Source: Puccinia triticina
Lineage: Eukaryota
Direction of reading: 5' to 3'
Assembly: GCA_026914245.1 (NCBI GenBank)
Contig: CP110440.1
Span: forward strand, 3,596,001 to 3,660,000
DNA: 64,000 nucleotides
The translations under genes were made by a program, and so were the position numbers. Of this stretch, positions 26,849-38,456 are shown piece after piece. The notes beneath the pieces were generated by a model. It was not told the origin of the DNA, made no database searches, and saw nothing but the letters and a program-made list of their open reading frames with translations. Every line of letters starts with the position of its first letter. Positions within the stretch are counted from its first letter, which is position 1.

Positions 26849-27334
26849 CAGTGCCCCCCACAACTTCTCAACTACCCCTACAGGGGGGTTCCAAATTTTG
26901 GAGATTTTTTTTCCAAAAATTCTTTTAAAAGTGGGCTGATGCTGGGCTCTTTTTGGCCAATTTTTTGATGCAAATGTCCCATTTCACCAACCAGACCTGG
27001 TAACATGCATGATAATAGTCCAAAGTCATTGAAATTTCACTGGACTCGCTGCCAAGAGAGCAATGAAGAAATATTCTTCACAATAGTACATGTCTGTAAC
27101 CACATACTATGGTCTTAAAACCAGCTGTTCCAAATTTTGCATCTGAAAAAAATGAAACTTTTTTTTGAGGCATTGCACAGACTTCAAAGTTATATTTTTG
27201 AGTTCTCCTACGTCTGTAGGTCTCAAAAATGTATAGCTTACATGTGATACATGTCTGGTGACTTTGAACACATTGTTCAAAGTTCAATTTTTTTTTGCAG
27301 GTGTGGGGTAGTTGAGAAGTTGTGGGGGGCACTG
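26849..27334. mobile_element. Tc1/mariner-type MITE
   Basis: TIR CAGTGCCCCCCACAACTTCTCAACTACCCC at both ends; TA TSD. Confidence 0.92.
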
Positions 27335-27651
27335 TATGATCTCAGGAAACTTTGACAATGCATTTGGAAATTCTTGTGAATCACTCAATCAAACCACCAT
27401 GCGTGATTTCTTCACCCGTAACCAGAACAACTTGACTCCCCAAAATGATCTTGACAGTGATCTTCAGTCAGTGGGTCATGACAAACCCAATATTGAGGCA
27501 TTGGGGGGAAACATAGATGAGCTTCAGTGTCTTTTGCATAGGGAAGAACTCAACACATTGATTGCAGCAAATTTGTAGATAATGGGTTAACGATTTTTAT
27601 TTTATTTTATTGAGTGACAAAAACTTCAAAAGTATCTACATAAAAATTAAA

Positions 27652-28850
27652 TTAAGGATGAGGATAATTGGAAGGGTTTATGGCATAATCATGACCAGCT
27701 ACAAACAAATTTTCTTTTGCCTTTTTTTTAATAGCAGGTCTATTATAAATCAAACCATTGTTGATATCTCTGAAGGTGGTAAGAGTTGTTTGGTTAATTT
27801 GAAGAGACATAGCTGTTTGAGCTTGAGTAAGAGATTCTCTAGCAGGTAAAGTGCAGTGTTGAACTGTTCTTGAGCCCAAACGAGTTTGACAATCCCTTTT
27901 TGTTTGTCTAAATTAATACCAATCCTATAATCCGGAAAAACAAACAAACCACATTTGACATGGTAAACATCAGTTGATGCTATAATTGAGCCGTCCAACT
28001 TGTTAGTTGGAAGGAATAGCGTGAATGCAAAATCTTGGGCATCCTTAGTATCCTTGTGAGGCGGGTTGAAGTATCCGCCAGTCGTGAACAATAGATTTGG
28101 TGAGCATTCAAATTTACCCAAGGGATCCTTGTAGTGTAGCAATCCAAAAGCCGGAATAGAATTTGTTTTCATGAGTTCACGGTTTTTTTTGAATGCAATG
28201 TTTGCAACACCTTTAAACAGTTTTACAAGTATGTTTGAAGGGGTTGAGGAAAAACGCATGAGAGAATCGTAGTTGTCTTTTGCTGCTTCAATCTTCTTGG
28301 AGTTAAGATACACTCCCGCAAGTTGATAAGCCTCAAAACATTTCCGCCACACCACCATCCACATGTATCCACCCCCAGAACGAGAGGCTTCCTTGACCAC
28401 ATTGACAAATTGTTTACATTTATGAATGAACCTGGCGACAATGTTCCAATCGTTCAGTTTGGTCAGGGTTAGATCTTCTACTTTGGTGAATTTGATTATT
28501 GCAATAATCTGATCTGGATTGTCTTCATGGATAACTACTACTTTCCCATGTCCGAAATAGTGGAATCCTTCAGCAATCTTCAGAGCCTCTGAAAGTTTGG
28601 CATCGGTGGGCTTTTGATCACCCTCCATGAGTTGGTGTGGCAAGAGCTCGGTTTTTTTGAATTGTTTAATTGACCAAGTAAGCTTTTCAGGCGGCAACAA
28701 GGGATCTTCAGCATGGCTCACAGATTTGTATGTGGAGTGCCGCTTGGTTTTTCTTCTCTTATTACAATTATCCCGTTTGTGTTGCTTCATGTATTCAAAT
28801 ACACCACTAAACATATCTATTTGTATGCATGGGTGAGGGAAACAAAACAT
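27652..28850 (-). pseudogene. TET/JBP-like 2OG-Fe(II) dioxygenase, frameshifted
   Basis: GGYMWMVVWRK...NPPHKD (HxD)...LFVFPDYRIGI...IVKLVW in ORF 27750-28850; the distal His (VQHCTLP..AQTAMSLQIN) is in the shifted ORF 27652-27879, implying a 1-nt deletion near 27875. Confidence 0.78.
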
Positions 28851-29085
28851 ACATATCTGGTAAGCTTATTGGGAGTTGAGGCTACCAGCATTGATGATAA
28901 AAATTGTGAAGAACTCACTCAAAAGAATGAGAAGGACTTGGCAAGATTGATACTAAGTTTGAGGCTAGATCAATGACAAGGATGAGGTCAATGAGAGCAG
29001 CTTGATTGATTGATCTTGATGGGATTGAGCCAGATTGATGTGAAATATCAGTTCACTGAGATAAGATTGAACGATAGAATATCTA

Positions 29086-30032
29086 CGGAAGCTCACAGGG
29101 GACACAAATCGCGCCAACGCCAAATCGCGCCAATTGCGCAGCCATCCCCAAACAAAAAACTCCGCTCCCGTCCCCGAGGGGCCGAGTTTGCAACATCTGT
29201 GCACGCCACCACCTACAGCACATGTATCAATTCATGTGTAGTGTATTGATACATGTGTATCTATTGAGTGACGATACACATGTGTCCCGTGACAATACAC
29301 ATGTATTGCGTGAAGATACGAATGCATTGCATGACAATACACATGTATGTATCAACACCCATGCATTGGTCCGGGTACCCAAGCACACCGGACCCTGCAA
29401 TAAATTATCTCCTGCAGCCATCTTGGTCCACGTCACATGTATTGGTACAAGGGGTCAGCACAACCGGGTGCCCCCTAGACCAATGATAAGTATTTGATCA
29501 GAGAGGTTTATCGCGGTGTCTGGTGTTTTTGCATACCCAGACCGCATGGGTGTTAATGCATGTGTATTGTCATGCAATACATGTGTCTTGTCACTCAATA
29601 CAGGTTAGAGATGATGCTGCAGTGCAGCTGTTTTTATTGCTAACTATCTATGATTCGATGTAGCAATACCCATGTATCGAGGTAGCCCCACGTTGGTAAA
29701 GAAGTAGCAATACATTTGTATCAAAGTAGTGATATGTATGCATTGATGTAGCGATACACATGTATGACAGTGGCAATACATATGTATTGATTTAGCAATA
29801 CATATGTATTGAGTTAGCGATACATACATATTGAGTTGGCGATACATACGTATTGAGTTGGCAATACACATGAATTGATACACTACACATGAATCAATAC
29901 ATGTGCTGTAGGTGGTGGCGTGCACGGATGTTGCGAACTCGGCCCCTTGTGGAAGGGAGCGGAGTTTTTTGTTCGGGGGTGGCTGCGCAATTGGCGTGAT
30001 TTGGCGTGATTTGTGTCCCCTGTGAGCTTCCG
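29086..30032. mobile_element. Non-autonomous DNA element with long TIRs
   Basis: CGGAAGCTCACAGGGGACACAAATC... mirrored for >150 bp at both ends; TA flanks; internal ATACACATGTGTAT-like repeats. Confidence 0.85.
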
Positions 30033-30035
30033 TAA

Positions 30036-30558
30036 TGTTGGAATTTTGTCCTCTTGTCCTTTTTTCCTCTGCCTTCTGCCTCCTATCCCTTTTTCCTTTC
30101 CTCACTCAAGTGCCTCCTGATTCCCTTCTCTTCACTTCTTATGCTCTCACACTTCCTATGATCTGGTATGTTGATGGTCATGATTGTTTTCTGTACTTGC
30201 CATGTGACATTGTTCCCTGCCAAGATTAGACTATCAATCTTTCCCAATGTCCCTTATTCTCTGATGTGCGCACGCTCTGCTTGTGACAGATTTGTGATAT
30301 CTTTGAGAGTTCTTTTTCCTTCTATTCATTTCTATTTCATATTCATTTTCATTGTCACCCACAAGTTGATATCATGTACATAGTCTATTTAAACATAGCC
30401 TAGTCCACTGAAATCAACTTATTGGTTCTTCCTTATTTTCTCCACGCCTCCATCCTGAGCCAATCTGGTGAGCCCTCAACACTCACTGCCCCCTCTCGAG
30501 CCCACATGCTCATCTTTTTGTTTCCTCGCGCTGCGGTCCTCCAGTCGAAATCTCAACA
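30036..30558. mobile_element. Solo LTR
   Basis: TGTTG...CAACA with 5-bp TSD CGTAA (30031-30035, 30559-30563). Confidence 0.9.
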
Positions 30559-31810
30559 CGTAAATATCTATCTGTATGGATGGGTGAGGGAAACAAAACA
30601 TACATATCCTGTAAGGTTGTTGGGAGTTGAGGCTACACAATGATGATCAAAAATGAAGAAGAACTCACTCAAAAGAATGAGGCTATATCAAAGACAAGTA
30701 TAAGTTCAATGAGAGGAGCTTGATCAATTGATCTTGATGAGATCGAGGCAGATCAATGAGAAGTATTAGTTTGCTGAGATAAGATTGAACAAAGGATTGA
30801 TCTTGACAAGATTGAGGCAGATTGATGAGAAGGATCAGTTCGCTGAGAGGAGATTGAACAATTGATAGATCTTGAAGAGATCAAGATAAATCAATGAGAC
30901 ATATCAGATTACTGAGAGGAGATTGATTGATTGATTGATCTTGACGCTTCTTGAAAAGATTTAGAGTCAGATTGTCAATCAAAAAACACTAACATTTACG
31001 CTTTTTGTGTGCAGTCTTGAGTGGCAAAAAGATAAGCAACACGGTACTTCTCGAGCATATCACATCAACCAAAACAACCTTGACTTAGCACGCGACCTGG
31101 TCAACATACTAGAACCGTTCTATGACATAACTCAAATGGTCTCAAATCGCGGTGGGGCACACATATCACAAGTTGTTGTCTTCATCAACCAGATACCAGC
31201 CATTTATTGACCATCATTTCCGAGCGCAATGTGTACCCTCCGGCCTTGACAAACTCATGCCGTGCAGGCCTTCAACTGAAAAATAAATATTACACCCTCA
31301 CAGATTGCTCACCGCTGTACCGGGTTGCTATGAGTGAATATTTTTTCTACTACAATCACCAGGAAAAAAAAATAGTCACTTGATGACAAGTGACATCATG
31401 CCAGCTCCAGCGGGCTACCCACCATCTACCCACCATCTACCCATCATCTACCCACCATCTACCCACCATCTAACCAGTTTAAGAATTTCCACAGGAGATC
31501 CTCAGTTTTTGCTGGGCACCACTGATCCCCATTTCTGGTCAGCTGACACTCAGCTTTAGCTCCCAGCTTATGTTCAGCTTTGGTGCCCAGCTCATGCTCA
31601 GCTTTGTTGCCCAGATCAGAACCAGTCCTGGCCCAGCTTATTTTCAGCTTTATTCCAGTCATGGCTCAGCTTAGACTCAGATTAGGACTATCATTGGCCC
31701 AGCCAATGCTCAGCTTTGGACCAGTATTGGCTCAGCTGATTTTCAGCTTTGGATAAATCTTGGCCCAGCCAATGCTCAGATTCTGAGTCTGACCACTCCT
31801 GTAACAGCTT

Positions 31811-32070
31811 ATGCTCATCTGTGGACCAGCCTTGGCTCAGCTGATGCTCAGCTGTGGACCAACCTTGGCTAAGACAATGCTCAGCTGTGGACCAGCCTTG
31901 GCTCAGCTGATGCTCAGCTGTGGACCAGCCTTGGCTCAGCTGATGCTCAGCTGTGGACCAGCCTTGGCTCAGCTGATGCTCAGCTGTGGACCAGCCTTGG
32001 CTCAGCTGATGCTCAGCTGTGGACCAGCCTTGGCTCAGCTGATGCTCAGCTGTGGAACAGCCTTGGCACA
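31811..32070. repeat. 33-bp tandem minisatellite
   Basis: Unit GCTCAGCTGTGGACCAGCCTTGGCTCAGCTGAT, ~8 copies, with degenerate copies on both sides. Confidence 0.92.
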
Positions 32071-32547
32071 GGTGATATTAATCTTTTGAATAGTCTCAAA
32101 AAATCTGATACTCAGCTTTGGAACAGCTTTGGCTCAGCCAATGCTCAGCTTTGTATCAGCATTGGCTCAGCCAATGCTCAGCTTTTGAAAAATTTTGGCC
32201 CAGCTGGTGTTAATCTTTGGAACAGTATTGTCCCAGCTGATCCTAAGCTCTGCGCAAGCCTTTTCCAAGATGATGCTCAGCTTTGGACCATTGTTGGCTA
32301 AGCTGATGCTCAGATTTGGAATATTCTTGGTCCAGCTGACACTTGGATTTGTTTCAGGCTTGGAATATCCAATGCTCAGCTGTAGCCCAGGCTCATCCAA
32401 TGCTCATCTTTGGCCCAGGCTCAGTCAATTCCTACTGCTCAGCTTATGATGAGCATCAGCTGTTCCTGGGAAAAAATTAGGATCAGCTGACTGTGCCACA
32501 TTGAGTGCTCTGGTTCAGTCCTGCAAGCTCTACAAGTGCTGGTGGAG

Positions 32548-35500
32548 TAGAGATGGCCAAACGGGTACGGGTACCCGCGACGGGTGCGGGTACCTGCTAC
32601 AAATCTGTCCAATATTGGACACCCGGACCCGGACACGGCACCCGCCAACGGGTACCGGCGGTACTTGAGGCGGGTACCGCGGGTACCCGCCTCCAAATTT
32701 TCACCATAATTTCAAAGATTCTTGTTGTGTTCATTCCTATCATTCAATAGTAAAAAAAATGAAAAGAAATTTATACATAAAGTATCACTTTTCTTTCCCT
32801 TTGCCCTTAAAATTTTTCTTTTTTTCCTCCTGGAGACCAACCTTCCACTTTTTGAGGAGACCGGGTTGGATCAAGTTATTTTTTGAGTAAAAAGAAACCG
32901 CCATTCCCCTAGTGATAGATATTGGGTTGATACAGTGTCGCTTTTCTGACACATAGTCGCGTCCAAATGAAAAAGCACGCTCGACATTGACTGAGGTAGC
33001 TAGATTGCAACGTCAGAAAATCAGCTAAACAATCTAATTTGCAAGATTCTAATGATTATACTGTGGATTCTCACCTGGGCAACTCAGGACATCAAGAGCC
33101 ATTTGTACTAGTCCTCCATGCAAATTAGCAGCGTTTTTTTGTTGAATCCACCACTTGAGCGCATTTATAGGGGAGCCATCGTCTAGTACCAGGCCAGAAG
33201 CTAGCCAGACGTCAATTGGATCAATTGAAGATTGGTTTGTTTGGGCAGCAATCGCAAGCTGTGCAATATTGCCTGTCTTGTGCTGAAATGATCTATTGTC
33301 AGCCAATTAAGATGCAAAAGGACGTATGTATTAAAAAAAAGCTCACCTTTCCCGAGCTGGTTGGTTGACTGGAAACCGGAGGTTCTATTTGAGGCTTGTA
33401 AAACAAATCAAACATTTCGCGTGTGAGCCGAATGGCTTCGATGATCCATTCCTTTTCCCAACCTGCAATCTGGAAGTACTTGTCTTTGAACGATGGGTGT
33501 AGTACTGATCTAAAGAAATTTAGTCATTTGTTTTTCTCCGGAATTGATGGAACAAGAAACATACCCATGGCAATCCGATATAGAGGCGAGCAGTCAGTGA
33601 GTGTGTAATACTTGTTGGTCAGACAAAGACCAACTTGGCAGGCATTTCGCAGCACAGGTGGGTATCTGTGGCCTTCTCCTTTGATTGCATTTGAAAGATG
33701 CTCGGTGATCTCGTCTATGAAGACGATGACGTGAGTTAAGCGAGCCGATCCAAGAGTAGATACCTGAAGAGTTTGTTCATAGAACAACTCGAGTAGGGAA
33801 ACCAAGTCCCGTGCCAAATTGATATCAGTCTTGTTGATATGATATTGCCGAGCTAGCCCATATTTTTTGTCCTTCTGCCATTGAATACTGCCACTCAAAA
33901 AATTGTCAGTACTTGCTATTAGAGGACAGAATATGTAGGAATGTACACTCATGGCTTTCTCACATCGAATGACTCCCTGAAGCTGGACATAAGTGGAGTT
34001 CCATTGTGTGGAGACATCTCTCTCGACGTTATGGGGCTTATCACAATTCATTTCGCCGCATATTTCCACGAACTCGGCCTTTGAATTTGGTGATTTGCGA
34101 AGTTTGCGAGCGATAGCGCGAAACTAGGAGGAAGAAATGTCTCAGTGCTAAAAATTAACCAAGGGGGGCAGGGAGGAATGGAAATACCTTCGCCAAAGTT
34201 TGTTTGCATGAAGCCGAGGTGTAAAGATCCTCATCTTCATCCTCATCACTTAGATCGTGGATGTCCTGCATTGATAATTCAGCCTCGCAAACCTCATCAT
34301 CAGCATCATATTGTTCTGAAGTGTTGCTTTGGCCGTCAGCAGTATATTCGTATTCATCGATGGATGTATCTTCATTGTATCTAGGTGGGAATTGAAAAAA
34401 TAAGAAACCGAGCTACTTGATAAAATGTTTGACCTGCACTTACCTACGGATCAGAATCTCAGGTTCCTCATCTTCGGACTCGGTTTCTTCAGCTGAATCC
34501 TCATCGCCTCCGGTGTTCTTCTTCAAATTACAAAATTTTTTCAATATTGAACGTGCGATCAAATTCAGGATATGTGCATAACACCTGATCCACTGCGAGT
34601 CGCCTTTGAATCGGTGCCATTTGAATTTTTTCATCTCGGCCACCATGGACATGTTGTTTGAGGCATTGTCTGTAACAATGCCGCAAATCTGATAGATGAC
34701 ATGAGAGGTCAGCATCTTAAATGTTCAAGGAGATGTGGAATATACTCGATCAATCCTACTTTATGTTGAACATCAAATTTTTCCACAACCAAACGCAAAG
34801 TTTCCGCCAGATACTCGCCAGTGTGACTCTTAGCAAGCTGGACAAAATCGAGAGGCATATCCTCCAGCTCAATTTTTCCACTGCCGTCCTTGATCAATCG
34901 ATAAATCACAACGCCAAGGATATCATGACCGTTGGGCGACTGCCATGCATCAGCCCCAAGGTACATGGCACCGGTGTGTTTCTATACAAGTACATAAATT
35001 AAATATAGTAGCAAGTCAGTATTCGAGAATATTGTAAGAGAAATCAAGAGCAAAAAAAAAATACACCTGTAAAACCTCCCGGTAGTTGTCTTGAATAGCA
35101 GTATAGAGCATGTGAATCGATCGGGAAACTACCTTTGCCAAAGGCAAGTGTTTAACAATGATTGGATGAAGGATGCGCTTGTGGGATTCGTCACAAAAAG
35201 CGGAAAAGGGCCGTGCTGACTCAGCACACCAAATCGCGCAGAGTTGGTTTACCTGGACAATCCAAAGTAAATTAGAATGATGATCAAAAATAATCGAAGG
35301 GATCAAGGGTGCATTTCACCTCTTTTGGGTCTATATCACCCGTTCCGTTTACACCAAGACTGGCCAGCTTTCGGTTGCTATTGGTCTCATGCTGCTTGTT
35401 GATACATCCTGCCACGTGTTTCAATAAATTGCTGCAAGACGAATCACCCATCGGCCGGTGGATTTTTGTGCTGCACCTGATTCAAGTTCAGGAATATTGG

Positions 35501-36306
35501 TCAGCAAAAATGTTTGGGTGGCTGGGTATTAGGCAGTCTCACATCTTGCATGGATATGCAATCATGCGCCGTCCTTTTTTGTCGAGTTGATGTGAGAGTT
35601 CTGGTGGGTGATAGCTGGAATAAGCTGCGCTGATGCCATTTGAGGCCGTTTTCTGCGCTCGAACTATGAGGGAGGATTTCAGTTTGGAATAGTGAGCGGA
35701 CGGAACGGATCAGAAACAATCTTACAAAGCACCTCCTCGTCGGTGAGCTCCCGATGGCCACTGGAATTAGGGTTGCTGTTTGGAGTGGCTTGTGACTTGA
35801 CCGCGGTGGGGTTGATAGAGTCATTTTCTGAGTCAATAACTCTGATTTCTTCGGTGTTTTCTTGAGATTCTGTGGTTGATTTATTCCTAGAATTTGATGA
35901 CACCTGCGGAGAAGGTGACTTTGAAGGTGAACGTTGGCGTGGTCGCTTCCTGGTTTGTTTCATTGTAGTGGTCGGGCGGATAGCAGTGGTGGTGGGCTCA
36001 GGCTGGGAGGGCTGGGAGTCAGGTTACCTGGACCGGGCCGGGGGGTTGGTGGTGAGATGTCTCAGGCTCTCAGTGCTTGAACCAAGCCCTGAGGTGCGCT
36101 TTGCCCCGGCGCAGTCCCAAGACCTGCACGACTCAGGCTGACAATGGCGGGTACCTGTTTGGTACCCGGGTACCCGGTGATTTTCTAGCCCAAATTGCAT
36201 ACCCGGACCCGTACACGGCACCCGCGGACGGGTACTCAAAGGGCAGTGGCGGGTACCCGCCCACGGGTGCGGGTACCGCCAAACGGGTACCCACTGGCGA
36301 TCTCTA
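32548..36306 (-). mobile_element. Full-length hAT transposon
   Basis: TIRs TAGAGATGGCCA / TGGCGATCTCTA; perfect 8-bp TSD TGGTGGAG (32540-32547, 36307-36314); GGGTACCCG subterminal repeats. Confidence 0.95.
32785..35963 (-). CDS. hAT transposase, multi-exon (intactness not verified)
   Basis: BED-like finger (YPCKM..C..NLLKHVAGC); LGADAWQS; GIVTDNASNN; CYAHILNL; DVSTQWNST; WW..ALDVLSCP-ATSVNVERAFS dimerisation region. Confidence 0.85.
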
Positions 36307-38085
36307 TGGTGGAGCAGACTTGGAGCAGTGCTGGAGTAGCTCTGGAGCAGAAACCAAAGCTGCATCATGTCACTTGCCATCAAGTGACTATTTTCTTTTC
36401 CTGGTGAATTACCATAGAATGTCTCATTTACAAGTTTGTTATTTGCAAGTTCTTCATCCTTCTTTTAAGGATGAATATTTTAAACTAGCCAAGTGGAAAC
36501 CTGAGTGGATCTCGGAAGCTGTCAGACTTGCAAGAGAAGTGTGGGAAAATCAATACAAACCTCAAGTTCAGCAAACAGTTAAAAACAATCCCCGCGCAAA
36601 GGTGAGTGAATGGCTCTTTTTCTCTCTGTAAATTTTTGGTTATTATCTAAGCAAACTAACTTTCAATTCTCTGCTTGCCAGCCTCACACTGGTTTTCTTG
36701 CCAGGCTGAGTGGGGCCTCTGAAGCACGCACAGGGAATGTGTCAACCGATCCACTCAATTTGTGGCTTGCTGGAGGGTTAGTTTTGAATGATGAAGGGCA
36801 GCTGGTGAACCCTCTATAATGGTGGATTACCCAAGGGCGTGCAGGAAATACTCATGGAGGTCTGCTCCAGATGGCATTGGACGTCCTCAGCTGTCCCAGT
36901 AGGGATATTCCTTCTGTTTTTTTTTTAACAAATCTGACCAAGTTTTGTCTGCAACAGCAACAACAGTTGAGGTTGAGCAATCATTCAACTTTGGTAGGGA
37001 CTATGTTTCAGTCAGGAGGCACCTTCTCAGCAATTCGTCTCTCACGCGAGGAATGGTGGTTGCTTTCTGCTCCAAAAACGGCAAGATTCCGAGTGGGGTG
37101 TTGCGTGCATGGAAGGTGAAACAGACGGCTGAAGGAAAAAAGAAGGGCAAGGAGAAATCTGGAAAGAATAAACAGGATATTTATGAGGTAGATAGCAAGT
37201 AATTATTATTTTGAATAAGTTTTCTATAAGAAAAAAAAAACAATGGTGGGTACCCGCAACCTGCACCCGGGTACCTACCACCTTGCACCCGGGTACCTGC
37301 CACCTTGCACCCGGGTACCTACCACCTTGCACCCGGGTACCCGCTTTGGCGGGTGTCTGATTTGAGCTGAATTTAGGGTAGTACCCGCACCCGCATTGGG
37401 TCCCGGGTACAAAGTGCCATCCCTATTCTATTTCCATAGTATGATATCATCTTACACTGCATCTGCAGCCTCAGCCTTCATTTAAGCACTCACTGCATCT
37501 GTATGACACTTCATGCAGCCTACCGTCACTACTGTCACTTTCATGCGGCACCACTGCAGCCTAATGACATCATTTATGTATCCCTGACATGTCATGACAT
37601 CATTTGTACATATTATGACATCATTTGCACCTACTGCCACCAGCTAAAATGCCTCATACCCTAGCTAAAACCCTAACCCAGGATCCCCCCCCCCAGAGGG
37701 GGGGCTGAAATATCTCACATTTGTCTATAAAAGGAGCTCCTCCTCCACCCAGTTCTCTTCTCCTCAGCTCAGTACCCACCAGTTATTTACATACCACCCT
37801 CACACTTACCCTTACCACCATACAGCCCTTATATTTGCAAATAACCACTGAAATCACTCTCATTTCTCACATACCTTAAAAAACCTTATATTGGAAATCA
37901 AACTGTTATACTGTGTCAATCAAACAAACTCATCTTGATCCAACCACTCCTATCACTTGAATAAAAAACTTGCCAAGCCTAGCTTGGTGGGTCTTGTCAG
38001 CTGATAGCCAGAAGGGCAGAGTTTGCACCTCCCTCATCCCCTTCACCATTCAGCAAAATGGTTTGATTACCACTTTTGAGTATTA

Positions 38086-38456
38086 CACTGGCTATCCGGA
38101 GTAATCAATCCTCTTGATGACCAGTCTATTCCGGTCATTGAGAGGGATGCGGCCTCTCAATGACCTGTCTATTCTGGTTATTGAGAGGGATGTGGACTCT
38201 CAATGACCGGTCTGTACCGGTCATCAAGAGAGATGTATACTCTTGATGACCAGCCTGTACCAGTCATCAAGACAGATATATCCTCTTGATGACCGGTATT
38301 TACTGTGTATCCTCTTGATGACAGGTACAGACCAGTCATCCAGAGGGATGTGGCGTCTTGACAACCGGTACAGACCAGTCGTTGAGATGTATGTGGCCTC
38401 TTGATGACCGGTCTATTCCGCTCATCAAGAGGATCAATTCCTCTGGATTGCCAGTG
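38086..38456. mobile_element. CAC-terminated MITE with GATGACC/GGTCATC repeats
   Basis: Imperfect TIRs CACTGGCTATCCGGAG / CTCTGGATTGCCAGTG. Confidence 0.7.

Larger units (their letters stand above)
31357..36406. mobile_element. CACTA/CMC-like non-autonomous element in an intron of the outer hAT
   Basis: ~45-bp TIR CACCAGGAAAA(A/G)AAAATAGTCACTTGATG(A/G)CAAGTGACAT; 3-bp TSD AAT. Confidence 0.88.
31014..37425 (+). mobile_element. 5'-truncated hAT element (outer level of nest), degenerate transposase
   Basis: LEWQKDK...KYYTLTDCSPLYRVAM at 31015-31332 continues as VLHPSFKDEYF...ALDVLSCP...FNFGRDYVS at 36450-37200; right TIR GTGCCATCCCTA ends at 37425; 22-bp GGGTACC subterminal repeats. Confidence 0.85.

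Noticed and set aside
31811..32089. 33-bp repeats as a CRISPR array or repeat protein
   Set aside because: Head-to-tail units without unique spacers, inside a non-autonomous transposon, in eukaryotic DNA.
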